Position numbers and translations under genes: made by a program. A stretch of 64,000 nt of DNA from Gammaproteobacteria bacterium (GTDB taxonomy: Bacteria; Pseudomonadota; Gammaproteobacteria; CAJXQU01): positions 352,001-416,000 of the forward strand of contig CBDEGZ010000003.1 of assembly GCA_965238175.1 (NCBI GenBank), read 5' to 3'. This document shows, in pieces, positions 62,674 through 64,000 of the stretch (within the stretch, counting starts at the first letter, position 1; every line of letters begins with the position of its first letter). The notes below the pieces were generated by a model. The model was not told where the DNA came from. It ran no database searches and saw nothing but the letters and a program-made list of their open reading frames with translations.

Positions 62674-63434
62674 AGTTCAAGGAATTAGATAAGAAATTAC
62701 GAGTTTTTGAAACCGCACATGATCATTGTGTTTTACCTGGCGTGTACATTGTAGCTAGAATTGACGGAAGATGTTTTACAACTTTAACCAAAGATAAACA
62801 TCCGTTTGAAGCCCCCTATGACCCTAAGTTCAGAGATATGATGATTGAAACTGTGAAACATTTAATGCAATGTGGTTTCAAAGTTCTTTATGGATATACT
62901 CAAAGCGATGAAATATCACTGCTCTTAGATTTAAATGAGAATACATTCGAAAGAAAGGAACGAAAGATCAATTCAGTGCTAGCGGGAGAGGCAAGTGCGA
63001 AGTTTAGTTTGCTTCTTGGCGATATCGGAGCTTTTGATTGCCGTATTTGTCAACTTCCGAATAGGCAACTTGTAATCGACTACTTTCGCTGGAGAAACGA
63101 AGATGCCCATAGAAACGCCTTAAATTCCCACTGTTATTGGAGCCTTAGGAAGGAGGGTGTATCTCCAAAAGAGTCAGCTGCTACCTTTACAAAAATGTCT
63201 GTGGCGCAGAAAAATGAGTTCCTTTTTCAAAAAGGCACTAATTTTAATGATTTGCCAAGTTGGCAAAAAAGAGGACTGGGGGTGTATTGGGAGTCTTACG
63301 AAAAAGACGGCCTTAACCCAAGTACGAGGGAAAAGGTTAAAACTAATCGTAATCTTCTTAAGACCAATCTAGATCTCCCTATGAAAGAAAAATATAGCGA
63401 TTTTATTCGTAACTTCGTGTCTGAACTCGTATAA
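62670..63434 (+). CDS. Thg1-like (tRNA-His guanylyltransferase family) 3'-5' nucleotidyltransferase
   Basis: RIDGRCF, YTQSDEIS, AFDCR, YFRWR..DA.RN, NFNDLPSWQKRG; ATGA overlap with the kinase stop. Confidence 0.93.
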   Translation: MKFKELDKKLRVFETAHDHCVLPGVYIVARIDGRCFTTLTKDKHPFEAPYDPKFRDMMIETVKHLMQCGFKVLYGYTQSDEISLLLDLNENTFERKERKINSVLAGEASAKFSLLLGDIGAFDCRICQLPNRQLVIDYFRWRNEDAHRNALNSHCYWSLRKEGVSPKESAATFTKMSVAQKNEFLFQKGTNFNDLPSWQKRGLGVYWESYEKDGLNPSTREKVKTNRNLLKTNLDLPMKEKYSDFIRNFVSELV

Positions 63435-63545
63435 CAAACGGCTCTACACAAACACCCAAACCTACGAGGTTTTTGTGGATTTAGCTATGCTACACTTTAC
63501 CATAAAACCTCTCCGGCTTCGGTGCTGGTAAGCCGAGCGCTAGGC
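63429..63545 (+). repeat. Integron attC site 2 (117 bp) with degenerate core
   Basis: R'' GTATAAC contains the Thg1 stop; arms CGGCT..AGCCG, CACC..GGTG and GAGGTTTT..AAAACCTC; R' reads GCTAGGC instead of GTTRRRY; shares GCTA.GC.CACTTTACC..AAAACC with attC 1. Confidence 0.75.
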
Positions 63546-63587
63546 TAAAAATTACTCATCTATATACATTTAATAAAGAGGATATAA

Positions 63588-64000
63588 GTGAAAACGTTCT
63601 TAAAAATACTTGCCGGTATAGGTGCTATAGTGGTAATTGTTATTGTTGCCGTATTATTCATGACTTCTGGCATGTCTGACACGGCAGACAAGTTCTTTGA
63701 GTCTGTGAAATCTGATAATTATGATGAGGCGTACTCATTATTATCAGAAGACTTTAAGAACAATACAAGCAAGAGTCAACTTAAAGAATACCTAACTAAA
63801 AATGCGCTAACCCATTTTAAAAAAGCAAGTTGGGAAAGTCGATCTACTAATGGAGGACGTGGTGAGTTAACAGGCTCTATTATAACTGAATCAGGTGGTG
63901 GTGTACCAGTTTCTCTTAGTTTCATTAAAGGCGAAAACGATTGGAAAATATACTCAATTAGAAAGCCCACCTCTGGCATACAAGAAGAAACTGAAACTGC
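63588..64000 (+). CDS. Cassette-encoded membrane-anchored hypothetical protein (runs off the window)
   Basis: GAGGA RBS, GTG start, MKTFLKILAGIGAIVVIVIVAVLFM TM helix, then NTF2-like AYSLLSEDFK...ENDWKIYSI; open to the window end. Confidence 0.75.
   Translation, partial: MKTFLKILAGIGAIVVIVIVAVLFMTSGMSDTADKFFESVKSDNYDEAYSLLSEDFKNNTSKSQLKEYLTKNALTHFKKASWESRSTNGGRGELTGSIITESGGGVPVSLSFIKGENDWKIYSIRKPTSGIQEETET

Noticed and set aside
62096-63545. CRISPR or REP interpretation of the two related repeats
   Set aside because: They are over 100 bp, separated by genes and have attC boxes; no regularly spaced short repeats or cas genes occur anywhere in the window
63776-63979. 67-aa minus-strand ORF
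   Set aside because: Antisense to the + strand cassette gene starting at 63588, which the ORF track missed because it has no stop in the window

Overview
Low-GC (roughly 40% by eye) gammaproteobacterial chromosome segment, mostly housekeeping genes: tRNA-Thr, SPOR, coaX, birA, cysB, uup, rimO, pilT-pilU-pilU, yggS-proC-yggT, tRNA-Phe, yggX-mutY-asmA, argH, algZ/algR-like, rep, folE, apaG, tag, waaF-waaC, ilvE-glnE and groES-groEL. Accessory and unusual parts: (1) An intact IS110-family (IS1111-type) element at about 41960-43307. Its downstream non-coding region carries short segments matching both its own circle junction and the REP-like hairpin it inserted into, consistent with bridge/seek-RNA guides readable from the sequence. 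(2) An integron-type attC cassette array at the right end with no integrase in the window. It includes a two-gene cassette encoding a PNK-like P-loop kinase and a Thg1-like 3'-5' polymerase, a candidate mobile RNA 5'-end repair module. (3) A family of three ERIC-like inverted-repeat miniature elements, one carrying two covarying GGA-loop hairpins. (4) A TonB receptor with very acidic loops and a PQQ dehydrogenase with the extra Asp of lanthanide enzymes. (5) A six-gene lipid-linked sugar modification cluster. (6) An AsmA protein with a 110-aa internal triplication. (7) Integrase and IS5 remnants. All family assignments come from motif recognition, not database searches.
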